From a virus (Duplodnaviria; Caudoviricetes), in IMG/VR virus record IMGVR_UViG_3300031998_000004: a DNA stretch of 64,000 bases, one strand, 5' to 3'. This document shows positions 1-7,784 of the stretch, piece by piece (position 1 is the stretch's first letter; each line of letters opens with the position of its first letter). Below the pieces are notes generated by a model. That model did not search any database and was not told the DNA's origin. It saw nothing but the letters and a program-made list of their open reading frames with translations. The position numbers and the translations under genes were made by a program.

Positions 1-74
1 ACCGATAGGTAGACTCGAACTACCAACGACGGTCTTATGAGAACCGCGCTCTTATCCAGTTGAGCTATATCGGC
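1..74 (-). tRNA. tRNA with CAT anticodon (Met or Ile2); 3' end at the window edge
   Basis: Cloverleaf GCCGATA...TATCGGT, anticodon loop CT-CAT-AA, T-loop GTTCGAGTC. Confidence 0.9.
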
Positions 75-82
75 ATATGAAA

Positions 83-198
83 AAGAATAGTGTTTTCTCC
101 TTTATCTTATCACAACGCTATCTCAAGCGAACTATCCCTGATCAGTCTGACTCCTTGCTGTGTCGGGAGGTGGTTGTCGATCCACCATCTCTATTCTT
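83..198 (-). ncRNA. Putative structured RNA directly upstream of the CAT tRNA
   Basis: Closing stem AAGAATAG/CTATTCTT encloses a GGTGG-ATCGACAA-CCACC hairpin and further short stems. Confidence 0.35.
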
Positions 199-206
199 AA
201 TCGGTT

Positions 207-464
207 TTATTCGTTCTTTGGAGCTCCAGAATCTACATTTTCTGTATCTTTGGCTTCTTCGTTGACCTTAACCTGAGCTTCCTTGAAAGCCTTCATCACA
301 GCCGCACTCCTGGTATCCATCTTATAGTGCTGGATGACCTTTCCGTCTGGAGTAATCTGAATGTGGTCCTTCTGCATACCGCGGTGACGAATTTTGTTAA
401 TCCTGTGACTCCTGGAATCTTTTGTTCCCTGTGTCTTTGCGACACTTCTTTTGCTTGCGTACAT
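207..464 (-). CDS. Hypothetical basic protein, 85 aa
   Basis: ORF co-directional with its neighbours. Confidence 0.6.
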   Translation of the reverse strand: MYASKRSVAKTQGTKDSRSHRINKIRHRGMQKDHIQITPDGKVIQHYKMDTRSAAVMKAFKEAQVKVNEEAKDTENVDSGAPKNE

Positions 465-500
465 AATTTATAATAATTGTTGTTAAACTTTGTTCAAATA

Positions 501-743
501 TTATATACTAAATGGACTCCTGATCTTTAGTTTTAACCACCGTAAAAATTTTACTTCTAACCAAAGAGGAACAAAAAGAGGTCTTAATATATTAACTAAT
601 ATAAATGAATTGATGTCATCAGAAGGGTTATCTTCTTCAAGTATAAAAGGGTTTACGTGATTTAACTTTGCAAACCCATACATGATTGGCCCGAGTAAGA
701 TTAACCCACCAATTACTATCAATATAATCCACCAAATACTCAT
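501..743 (-). CDS. Small membrane protein
   Basis: Hydrophobic N-terminal helix. Confidence 0.6.
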   Translation of the reverse strand: MSIWWIILIVIGGLILLGPIMYGFAKLNHVNPFILEEDNPSDDINSFILVNILRPLFVPLWLEVKFLRWLKLKIRSPFSI

Positions 744-868
744 TCTTCTTCGTTGTCTTTTTTATTGTCCTCGTCTTCTAAATCATCTATATCGTATCCT
801 TTCAATCCGTATTGTTTTTTAATAACATCACTTTCAATATCTCTTAACCATTCTTCCGTAGATTTCAT
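740..868 (-). CDS. Small acidic protein, 42 aa (MKSTEEWLRDIE...DNEEE), not in the ORF track
   Basis: Translated by hand; its stop overlaps the next start (ATGA). Confidence 0.55.
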   Translation of the reverse strand: MKSTEEWLRDIESDVIKKQYGLKGYDIDDLEDEDNKKDNEEE

Positions 869-869
869 A

Positions 870-1205
870 CTAAAATAATAACACGTCTTCTCCTCTCCAC
901 TTACGTATTGTTCCATGTAAGTCCTGAGTCCTACATATCTCCATATACATCTCTTCAGTGTCTCCTTTGACGTATTCGTATGGCTCTACATCCTGTATAA
1001 GTTTTGGATTAAGAGTCTTTCCTGTTTTCTTATGAAAGTACTCCGCTTGCGTTGGTGTTACATTCTGAAAAGTACATACAGCCCAAAGAAACCAATCAAG
1101 GTCACGATCGATGACCTCTTCCATGGTCATACCTTTCTTTTTAGTATACCACCAACGTACTATTGGCCATTCACCAAATCTATTCTTGTCTATTTTGTGT
1201 CTCAC
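870..1205 (-). CDS. Hypothetical protein, weakly resembling ExoX C-terminal/DUF3820
   Basis: KKGMTMEEVIDRDLDWFLW motif. Confidence 0.5.
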   Translation of the reverse strand: MRHKIDKNRFGEWPIVRWWYTKKKGMTMEEVIDRDLDWFLWAVCTFQNVTPTQAEYFHKKTGKTLNPKLIQDVEPYEYVKGDTEEMYMEICRTQDLHGTIRKWRGEDVLLF

Positions 1206-1638
1206 TTGTATTAAAATTAGCAGCCCATTTTAAGGTTTCATCGTCAAGTTTTATAATAGTTGCATATCTAAAATCTTCATCAAAAACACCATATCCTATA
1301 CGATCACCTTCATATAAATATATTACCATCACATCAGTAACCATATGATAATTATATCGTTCTCCATCAGATTCTATCCAATATGTAACTATATTTCCAG
1401 CAGATTCAAAAGATATAATTTTGATATGTACAAAAGATACATCACTATCCAATAAATATCCCCTATCAGATTCATCGATAAAGTAACCTATAGGTTTTAC
1501 TATTTCGACATTCTTGTTGATAAGTTTATAATTAACTTCTGGTTCCTGTGCTGCTGCCAAAAAACCAAACATACAAAAGATAAGCGTAATAATAAATTTC
1601 TTCATATTGTAATATATTAAAAAAGGAGCCTTTATCAA
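1180..1638 (-). CDS. Secreted hypothetical protein (probable start MKKFIITL)
   Basis: Sec signal peptide MKKFIITLIFCMFGFLAAA-Q. Confidence 0.65.
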   Translation of the reverse strand: MIKAPFLIYYNMKKFIITLIFCMFGFLAAAQEPEVNYKLINKNVEIVKPIGYFIDESDRGYLLDSDVSFVHIKIISFESAGNIVTYWIESDGERYNYHMVTDVMVIYLYEGDRIGYGVFDEDFRYATIIKLDDETLKWAANFNTSETQNRQE

Positions 1639-1665
1639 GCTCCTTTTCTTTGTTTGTTTAATTCA

Positions 1666-3306
1666 TTAATAGTCCCAAACATGATAGTCAGTACCACTTA
1701 ATGTCCATCCAGAAACGAGAGCATTGAAGTTAACCACATCACCATCGAATCTAAAGTTGTAGATATACTTATTACTTGCTCCCCAAGATGCTACGTAGTC
1801 AGCATCCTGATCAGCATCCTTACCAGTATTGATTGTTCTAGTGATTTTACGATCGGTAAATACCACATCATCACCACTAGGGTTAGCAATGCAGATATCG
1901 AACACAACAGTGATATTCTGAGGAACCGGCTGGGGGATTACAAGAGAGTTACCAAGTACCACGTGGTCTCCAGTGAAGAGTGTGTCGGTCTGTGCACTTA
2001 CGTAATTGAGAGTAGTGTCTTTCTGTGTACCATACATGGCAGCAGGAGTATCAGTAAGAAGACTTGCAGTAGGAAGACGAAACCATCCATCTACATAAAC
2101 ACCTTCTGAACCGCTTGCGGGCACTGCAGGAACCGCAGCTACACCAGGAACCGCATCGTGATGTTCAATAGTGTGTTGAGGAGCAGCGTTACTATCCCAA
2201 CAGTTAAGACCAACTACTGTATAAGCAGCGCCATTTACAAATGCATCAATAAGAACATAGTCCCAAACATCTGGTTTACCACCACTGTTTGCGGGTTGAA
2301 TGTCATAGCCATTATCCTGAAGATACTTCCATCCATTGAAGAAATGCATAATTTCTCCACCAGTCATCTCAACAGCAAGGTCATACTCGGCTGGGATCGC
2401 CTTGTCTGTTTTTCTGAGTTGTTTGATAACATTGCTAGCCCATACTGTGTTACCCATATGGAGGTCATAGTCACCAGCAGCTCCATTATCAACTGTATAG
2501 TAAGACTTAATCTCTGCAACAAGAGCATCTGGGAGTGGTGCGGCGTTTGTGTAAGCACCCCAAGTATCTCCTTCTTTTACTCTTAATTTAGTTGCTGATG
2601 CAACAGCACTATAGGTCTTCTTAAGGTTTACCCAAGTATCAGTAGTGTCGTCATATGCAGGAACCTCAGGAACTGCAGCAACACCGGGGATAGAATCGCG
2701 ATATTCACCGAAACTGATCTGCTTTACTCGCACCCACTTGATATTAGGATTGATAACCTCACCACGGAACTGAAGCCATGAGAGAGCGTGTCTGAATGTG
2801 AGTTCTACACGTTCGTGCTCTGCACCAACAGCACCATTCTGATGATGATTGTAAGCGGTCTGTGCCCAAAGAACATCATCAAACCCATCGGGATCATCAA
2901 TAAGACTCTGTGTAAGAGCAGGGATATTTAATTTTAATGTATCGTTAACCCACTCAACAGTGTTGTCATACTGTGAGTATGCAGTAAATATAAAGTCGAT
3001 ACCTGTATAGTTATCGGACTTAGGCCAGTAGTAAGGACCACCGACGGCATTACCATCTTTATCATATTCTGCGTTCTTCATAAGATAACCACCGTTCACT
3101 GAAAACTCTCCAGGAACTACATAACCATAAACACCAAAATTGTCCTCCATTGCTGTGGTGTCTACAATAGCTTTAGTAGCAACAGAGGTGCCTGTGTTGA
3201 AGGTAATCTCTGATCTACCGAAGTTTCCGATTGTCATATCTTCCACCTTTGCACATCCGGCAAGGAGAAGCATAGCTGTAAATAAAATTGCAAAAAACTT
3301 TTTCAT
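1666..3306 (-). CDS. Fimbrillin / type V pilin-like lipoprotein
   Basis: Lipobox LLLAGC, ITF..TKA, FGVYGY, YYWP, LTFRHALS, C-terminal KYIYNF...VSGW. Confidence 0.8.
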   Translation of the reverse strand: MKKFFAILFTAMLLLAGCAKVEDMTIGNFGRSEITFNTGTSVATKAIVDTTAMEDNFGVYGYVVPGEFSVNGGYLMKNAEYDKDGNAVGGPYYWPKSDNYTGIDFIFTAYSQYDNTVEWVNDTLKLNIPALTQSLIDDPDGFDDVLWAQTAYNHHQNGAVGAEHERVELTFRHALSWLQFRGEVINPNIKWVRVKQISFGEYRDSIPGVAAVPEVPAYDDTTDTWVNLKKTYSAVASATKLRVKEGDTWGAYTNAAPLPDALVAEIKSYYTVDNGAAGDYDLHMGNTVWASNVIKQLRKTDKAIPAEYDLAVEMTGGEIMHFFNGWKYLQDNGYDIQPANSGGKPDVWDYVLIDAFVNGAAYTVVGLNCWDSNAAPQHTIEHHDAVPGVAAVPAVPASGSEGVYVDGWFRLPTASLLTDTPAAMYGTQKDTTLNYVSAQTDTLFTGDHVVLGNSLVIPQPVPQNITVVFDICIANPSGDDVVFTDRKITRTINTGKDADQDADYVASWGASNKYIYNFRFDGDVVNFNALVSGWTLSGTDYHVWDY

Positions 3307-3336
3307 ACGTAAATTTCTATTCTAATAATTTTTTCA

Positions 3337-4413
3337 TCAAAATACATCATAAGTGTGTTGTTTCCATTCGTTCAAGTCAATCCCGAATGTATTATCTCCT
3401 ACAGGCGTTTCTTTTTTTAATTCGGAGTTAAGAATGATTACTGTTATGACTCCACCTTTAGGATTTTCTTGTAACTGTTTCGTAATGTCTTTTGTACCAG
3501 TGACTTCTCCGTAATTATAAGTATCAACATCTATGTTGGTGTAATAAAGATAGTCAATCTGGGATGTCCAAGAGCTATTAATATCATCAGGCAACAGGTC
3601 CAAAATTGTAACTCGACTAGCAAACACAAGACTATCTGGTGTATGGAACTGCCCTGGTTTAATATCAAAAGTTGATATCTGTTTATTACCTGTCCAGACT
3701 GGGGTGTTTGTGAACATATTCTTTTTTGTTGATATTCCACTCACTGTGAAGTTTACTATGTCTCGAGCCTCAATCAGAGGACTATGATCGTCGTTAACTA
3801 CAATGAACTGAATGACATATATGTATGATACGGGTTCGAGCATTTCATCAATATTATACACATACACGAGTTTTCCATTCTCAATAACCTCTTCAAAATC
3901 TGAGATGTCATTTGAGAGATATATCTCACGTTTATTCATTGCGAACACCTCACCTGGTTGATTCACTGTCTCATACTCATTACTAATAGGATTTCTTGCC
4001 CGTGTGCTCTTTGTAGAAGGAGTTTCCACATAGTATCGCCCACCTTCGTAATAAGTCTCTGTCCAAGGATTATCTTTACTATATATCAACAAGTCATATG
4101 TGTTATTCAATTCAACATCAATGAGTTCCCTCTTTCCTGTCTGTACTCGAGTCTCGGATAAAATCTTTCCCTGATTGAAAATCACAACGTTACATGTTGT
4201 TGGAAGAGTATAAAAGAGTGGTCCATAAAGGTCTTCATCCCAGTTATACTTAAGGGTATCTTGCCATCCTTCCTTCCACATAGCATTGATGTTTGCTTGT
4301 ACCTGTACGTTAATCTTCAATGCAGTGTCTCCTTGGAGGTAGAGAGGTTTGCGCTCACACCCTATGAGTATACTCATTAATAACATTAATCCCAATACAA
4401 CTTTCTTCCACAT
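3337..4413 (-). CDS. DUF5119-like pilus-associated lipoprotein
   Basis: Lipobox ILIGC-ERKPL, C-terminal FGIDLNEW, position within the operon. Confidence 0.7.
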   Translation of the reverse strand: MWKKVVLGLMLLMSILIGCERKPLYLQGDTALKINVQVQANINAMWKEGWQDTLKYNWDEDLYGPLFYTLPTTCNVVIFNQGKILSETRVQTGKRELIDVELNNTYDLLIYSKDNPWTETYYEGGRYYVETPSTKSTRARNPISNEYETVNQPGEVFAMNKREIYLSNDISDFEEVIENGKLVYVYNIDEMLEPVSYIYVIQFIVVNDDHSPLIEARDIVNFTVSGISTKKNMFTNTPVWTGNKQISTFDIKPGQFHTPDSLVFASRVTILDLLPDDINSSWTSQIDYLYYTNIDVDTYNYGEVTGTKDITKQLQENPKGGVITVIILNSELKKETPVGDNTFGIDLNEWKQHTYDVF

Positions 4414-5624
4414 ATCAAATCAAATGTTAAATTAAATCCAACTTCGGTTGGACCAAAATAGTTCATATTAAATCGTCTTGGAACAAAGTCACTAGCTCGT
4501 AAGTACCAGTTATAATAGTATTTAGTATCCCATGGCTGAGAGGCGTGATAGGCATCAAACCTCGTATTAAACCATCCAATCCGACCATACAACTCAAACT
4601 TCCATCTCGGGTGTTTCTTACATTGGAATACATATCCGTATCCCAATCCACATCCATATACTTCTCCTTGATATCCCAGGTCTTTGTTCCAAGCGCAGAA
4701 GTCATAGATAGCGGTATTTGCATAAACTCCAATCCAATGCCCTGTGTACTTGTTATTAAGATATTTTCGGATACCCGCGATTCCATTCAAGAGTTGATAG
4801 TAGAAGTAACTGTCATAATCCTTATGCCACCAAGGGAACGTATAATCAAACTCAAGACTCAACCCCCACAGGTGTGTGTAGAGTTCTGCTTGGACGTTTG
4901 GTGTGATTGCAAGATCGCTCAAAAGATTCGTTTTAACAGCGAGTATTGGGATAACCTTAAGGTTTGGTCGAATTAGGATTGTATCGCGAAAATAGATAGG
5001 TTTTTGGATGAATATAGTATCGTGTTTGAGCTCGGTTAAGATTATAGTGTCTCTTTCGATTTCTTTCATCACTTCCTTTATCACTACCGTGTCTCTTTCA
5101 ATCTCTTTTATGACTTGTGGATATAAGAAATACACCTTAATATCAATTCTTCTGAGTCGTGGGAAGTACTTTTGATTAAGCTCTTTCCAATAGCCAGACC
5201 GAATAAGATCGTGTTTGACATCGTTGCTTGTAGAGAGAATCTTTAAGATTTTACCCTTCCAAGGTTCATTACTCGCTTCAATCAACTTATACAGCCCATC
5301 ATAGTCTTCCGATATAGTTATCTCGTCATCAAGATTCAATATATCACGAACCGCATCAACACGTCCTTGAGCGAGTGCTCGGTTGCCTGAATAAGTACCT
5401 TCTGGTGAAGCAGTACCTGTGATTTTAATATATTTGATGTCGTCTTGATGTTCTTGGATGAACGGGAGTTGACTATTGACGAACTCTTGATAGTTTTCAT
5501 CCTGGATGAACTCTGTAGTGTTGACTTTGAAGTAAAGTGTTGATGTCACTACGGTATCCCGTTGTTGGCTGTATCCGAGCCAACACATACAAAGTAAGGA
5601 CAATATGAGTAGAAGTCTGCGCAT
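4386..5624 (-). CDS. OmpA-like plus DUF3575 outer-membrane protein
   Basis: Signal peptide, GTASPEG..N..LA..R, AVKTNLL, C-terminal YFGPT. Confidence 0.8.
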   Translation of the reverse strand: MRRLLLILSLLCMCWLGYSQQRDTVVTSTLYFKVNTTEFIQDENYQEFVNSQLPFIQEHQDDIKYIKITGTASPEGTYSGNRALAQGRVDAVRDILNLDDEITISEDYDGLYKLIEASNEPWKGKILKILSTSNDVKHDLIRSGYWKELNQKYFPRLRRIDIKVYFLYPQVIKEIERDTVVIKEVMKEIERDTIILTELKHDTIFIQKPIYFRDTILIRPNLKVIPILAVKTNLLSDLAITPNVQAELYTHLWGLSLEFDYTFPWWHKDYDSYFYYQLLNGIAGIRKYLNNKYTGHWIGVYANTAIYDFCAWNKDLGYQGEVYGCGLGYGYVFQCKKHPRWKFELYGRIGWFNTRFDAYHASQPWDTKYYYNWYLRASDFVPRRFNMNYFGPTEVGFNLTFDLICGRKLYWD

Positions 5625-5638
5625 TTATATAAAATATA

Positions 5639-5665
5639 AGGATTCTTAAATAACTTTAAGAATCC
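5639..5665 (-). terminator. Hairpin closing tRNA operon 1
   Basis: GGATTCTTAAA/TTTAAGAATCC inverted repeat. Confidence 0.6.
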
Positions 5666-5669
5666 CGCG

Positions 5670-5741
5670 AGCCCCTGAGAAGAATCGAACTCCCATTTGA
5701 TGATTACGAAACATCCGTACTAGCCGTTATACTACAAGGGC
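5670..5741 (-). tRNA. tRNA-Thr(CGT)
   Basis: Cloverleaf, loop TT-CGT-AA. Confidence 0.9.
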
Positions 5742-5744
5742 ATT

Positions 5745-5820
5745 TGGTAGCAGTGGAACGACTCGAACGTTCAACCGACAACTTCAGAGGCTGCTGCTCT
5801 ACCAATTGCGCTACACTGCT
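5745..5820 (-). tRNA. tRNA-Gln(CTG), CCA encoded
   Basis: Cloverleaf, loop CT-CTG-AA. Confidence 0.9.
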
Positions 5821-5825
5821 ATCTG

Positions 5826-5899
5826 AGCAATCAACCGGGATCGAACCGATGTCTTATCCATACCAAGGATATGTTCTCGACCTGCTAAACTATGACTGC
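5826..5899 (-). tRNA. tRNA-Thr(GGT)
   Basis: Cloverleaf, loop TT-GGT-AT. Confidence 0.9.
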
Positions 5900-5902
5900 A
5901 TA

Positions 5903-6002
5903 AAATAGTTGGAAGAGTGTTTGCTATAGACATTGACGATATGTTCTATATAATTTGTCAAAGAGGCTCTTATCGTATATTCGTCTACTATCCTAACTAT
6001 TT
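5903..6002 (-). ncRNA. Putative non-tRNA structured RNA inside the tRNA array
   Basis: Terminal stem AAATAGTT(A)GGA/TCCAACTATTT; no T-loop. Confidence 0.35.
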
Positions 6003-6003
6003 G

Positions 6004-6074
6004 TACCCGGTAGAAGATTCGAACTCCTATGATCAGATCCGTATTCTGAAATCCTTCCATTGAATGAACCGGGC
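6004..6074 (-). tRNA. tRNA-Arg(ACG)
   Basis: Cloverleaf, anticodon stem TCAGA/TCTGA. Confidence 0.9.
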
Positions 6075-6102
6075 ATTAACCTATTGATTATTAATTACTT
6101 AG

Positions 6103-6177
6103 GGAGAAAGACGGGACTCGAACCCGCATAAACTACATCCACAGTGTAGTGCCTAAACCAATTCGGCCACCTCCTCC
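6103..6177 (-). tRNA. tRNA-His(GTG)
   Basis: Cloverleaf, G-1/C73, loop CT-GTG-GA. Confidence 0.9.
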
Positions 6178-6183
6178 ATGTAG

Positions 6184-6257
6184 TCGAGAGACCCAGATTC
6201 GAACTGGGATTGGATCGGTATCAGCGATCTAGCCTTGACCTGTTAGCTGATCTCTCG
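6184..6257 (-). tRNA. tRNA-Ile(GAT)
   Basis: Cloverleaf, loop CT-GAT-AC. Confidence 0.9.
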
Positions 6258-6263
6258 AATTTG

Positions 6264-6335
6264 CAGGAGTTACAGGACTCGAACCCATATCGTTTGATTT
6301 GGAGTCAAAAATGCTAACCATTACACCAAACTCCT
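6264..6335 (-). tRNA. tRNA-Trp(CCA)
   Basis: Cloverleaf, loop CT-CCA-AA. Confidence 0.92.
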
Positions 6336-6361
6336 GTATAACCTATTGATTATCAATGTAG

Positions 6362-6433
6362 TGCAGGTAACCGGAATCGAACCGACATCTCAGGAGTGGA
6401 AGTCCTATACACTAGCCGTTGTGCTATACCTGC
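6362..6433 (-). tRNA. tRNA-Gly(TCC)
   Basis: Cloverleaf, loop CT-TCC-AC. Confidence 0.9.
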
Positions 6434-6443
6434 AATTTATTCG

Positions 6444-6515
6444 AGCAGCATACTGGTAACGCTCCAGCGTCTCGACATTGGCAATGTCGCATAATTACTT
6501 TTATACGAATGCTGC
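6444..6515 (-). tRNA. tRNA-Gly(GCC) with non-canonical D and T loops
   Basis: Acceptor GCAGCAT/ATGCTGC, loop TT-GCC-AA, T-loop AGCGTTA. Confidence 0.8.
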
Positions 6516-6520
6516 TTAGG

Positions 6521-6606
6521 AGTCTGGGATAGGACTCGAACCTACGTAAGTCATTGACTATCAACGGTTTTGCAGACCGCCTCCTGACCAACTCGGACAC
6601 CCAGAC
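6521..6606 (-). tRNA. tRNA-Cys(GCA) with a long variable arm
   Basis: GTCTGGG/CCCAGAC with U73, loop CT-GCA-AA, extra arm TGATAGTCAATGACTTAC. Confidence 0.85.
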
Positions 6607-6623
6607 ATAATATTTCAAAGATC

Positions 6624-6659
6624 AAAAAAAATCACCCGAACTATCTCAGCTCAAGCGAT
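6624..6659 (-). terminator. Attenuator terminator of tRNA operon 1
   Basis: ATCGCTTGAGCT-gagat-AGTTCGGGTGAT (12 bp including G-U pairs) followed by a T-run. Confidence 0.85.
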
Positions 6660-6694
6660 CTCGTTTTATATGCGTAAAATTATTTTCTGAGACC

Positions 6695-6772
6695 TTACTT
6701 GAGCATAGTAGTGCGACCACACCAACCTTGATGCTGTCCGCGAATACCGATATGTCCAATGTTTGTTCTCAT
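6695..6772 (-). CDS. Putative attenuator leader peptide MRTNIGHIGIRGQHQGWCGRTTMLK
   Basis: 25 sense codons; codon content matches the downstream tRNAs; 3' end overlaps the antiterminator strand. Confidence 0.8.
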   Translation of the reverse strand: MRTNIGHIGIRGQHQGWCGRTTMLK

Positions 6773-6803
6773 GTTATTATAATACAAAATATCTCTTAAA
6801 AAT

Positions 6804-7346
6804 TTAAACCTTCATATACTTTTTTATTATATCTTGTGCTTTTTTAGAGATTGTTCCAGGAATATATTCAAGTCCACTATCCCAACCAGCATCTTCAAGC
6901 TTCTTTATTGATGATCTACCATCACCAATACTTAACCATTTAATATATGGGTCCCAGTTAAAACATATATCAAAGTCGTTTGCATCATCTATGTCAGTAA
7001 GTGAAAATGTATATTGTCTTCCATTGCATATCTCTTGTGCTTCGTGACGCATGTATATTGTCTCGGGGCAGAGAATATAAATATCATAGTTATCAATATC
7101 TTCAACCGCAATATCTTCAACCGCAACTATACAATCGTCTTCATTATATACTACTTCATATTCATCATCAAGGTCTCCAAGAGTCACATTCGACTTATTA
7201 CCAAAGTACTTCTTACGCCTCTTCTGGTAGTACTCTTCACACTTCTTCCAATCGGGTTCATAGATAGTCACACCGTTGATTTTGATAGCAGATTTGATAT
7301 TGTCATTAAAGACTCCTTCGTTTATAAATTCACTTAAACTTTTCAT
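6804..7346 (-). CDS. MKSL-family hypothetical protein (putative internal virion protein)
   Basis: N-terminus MKSLSEFINE. Confidence 0.7.
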   Translation of the reverse strand: MKSLSEFINEGVFNDNIKSAIKINGVTIYEPDWKKCEEYYQKRRKKYFGNKSNVTLGDLDDEYEVVYNEDDCIVAVEDIAVEDIDNYDIYILCPETIYMRHEAQEICNGRQYTFSLTDIDDANDFDICFNWDPYIKWLSIGDGRSSIKKLEDAGWDSGLEYIPGTISKKAQDIIKKYMKV

Positions 7347-7349
7347 ATC

Positions 7350-7784
7350 TTACCATCTTTTCCATTCATCCCAACCACGTTGAGTAACACCTTTCTGATC
7401 CTGAGGAAGAGCACCGCTTTCGTAGAACTCTTTACTTACATGTACTCTTTTTTCTCCATACTTAACTGTATTTAAATACATCCAATACTTATCATCACCA
7501 ATTCTGTATCCTTTGACTGTTCCAAATCCTGGTAGCATGTCTTGCTCTACATCTAGTCCATCAACCTTTTTACAGTAGTTGATGATTCTAGCATAAAGAT
7601 TTCGTCCATCTTTAACTGTTACCGTCGAAGGATTTATCTCATACCACTCTCTACTACTTCCCTGATAGTCACGGCAAAGAGCAACCCCGTCTCCGAAGAA
7701 CTTCTTAATTACATAAGCAAGTTTCTCGGGAACTATTTTACTTTTGACGTTATCTGTAAAGAGACTTTCTTGTAGTGATTTCAT
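7350..7784 (-). CDS. MKSL-family hypothetical protein
   Basis: N-terminus MKSLQESLF. Confidence 0.7.
   Translation of the reverse strand: MKSLQESLFTDNVKSKIVPEKLAYVIKKFFGDGVALCRDYQGSSREWYEINPSTVTVKDGRNLYARIINYCKKVDGLDVEQDMLPGFGTVKGYRIGDDKYWMYLNTVKYGEKRVHVSKEFYESGALPQDQKGVTQRGWDEWKRW

Noticed and set aside
131-187. Third attenuator leader (MVDRQPPPDTARSQTDQG) before the CAT tRNA
   Set aside because: No strong terminator/antiterminator pair is visible and the downstream tRNAs lie outside the window, so it cannot be supported.
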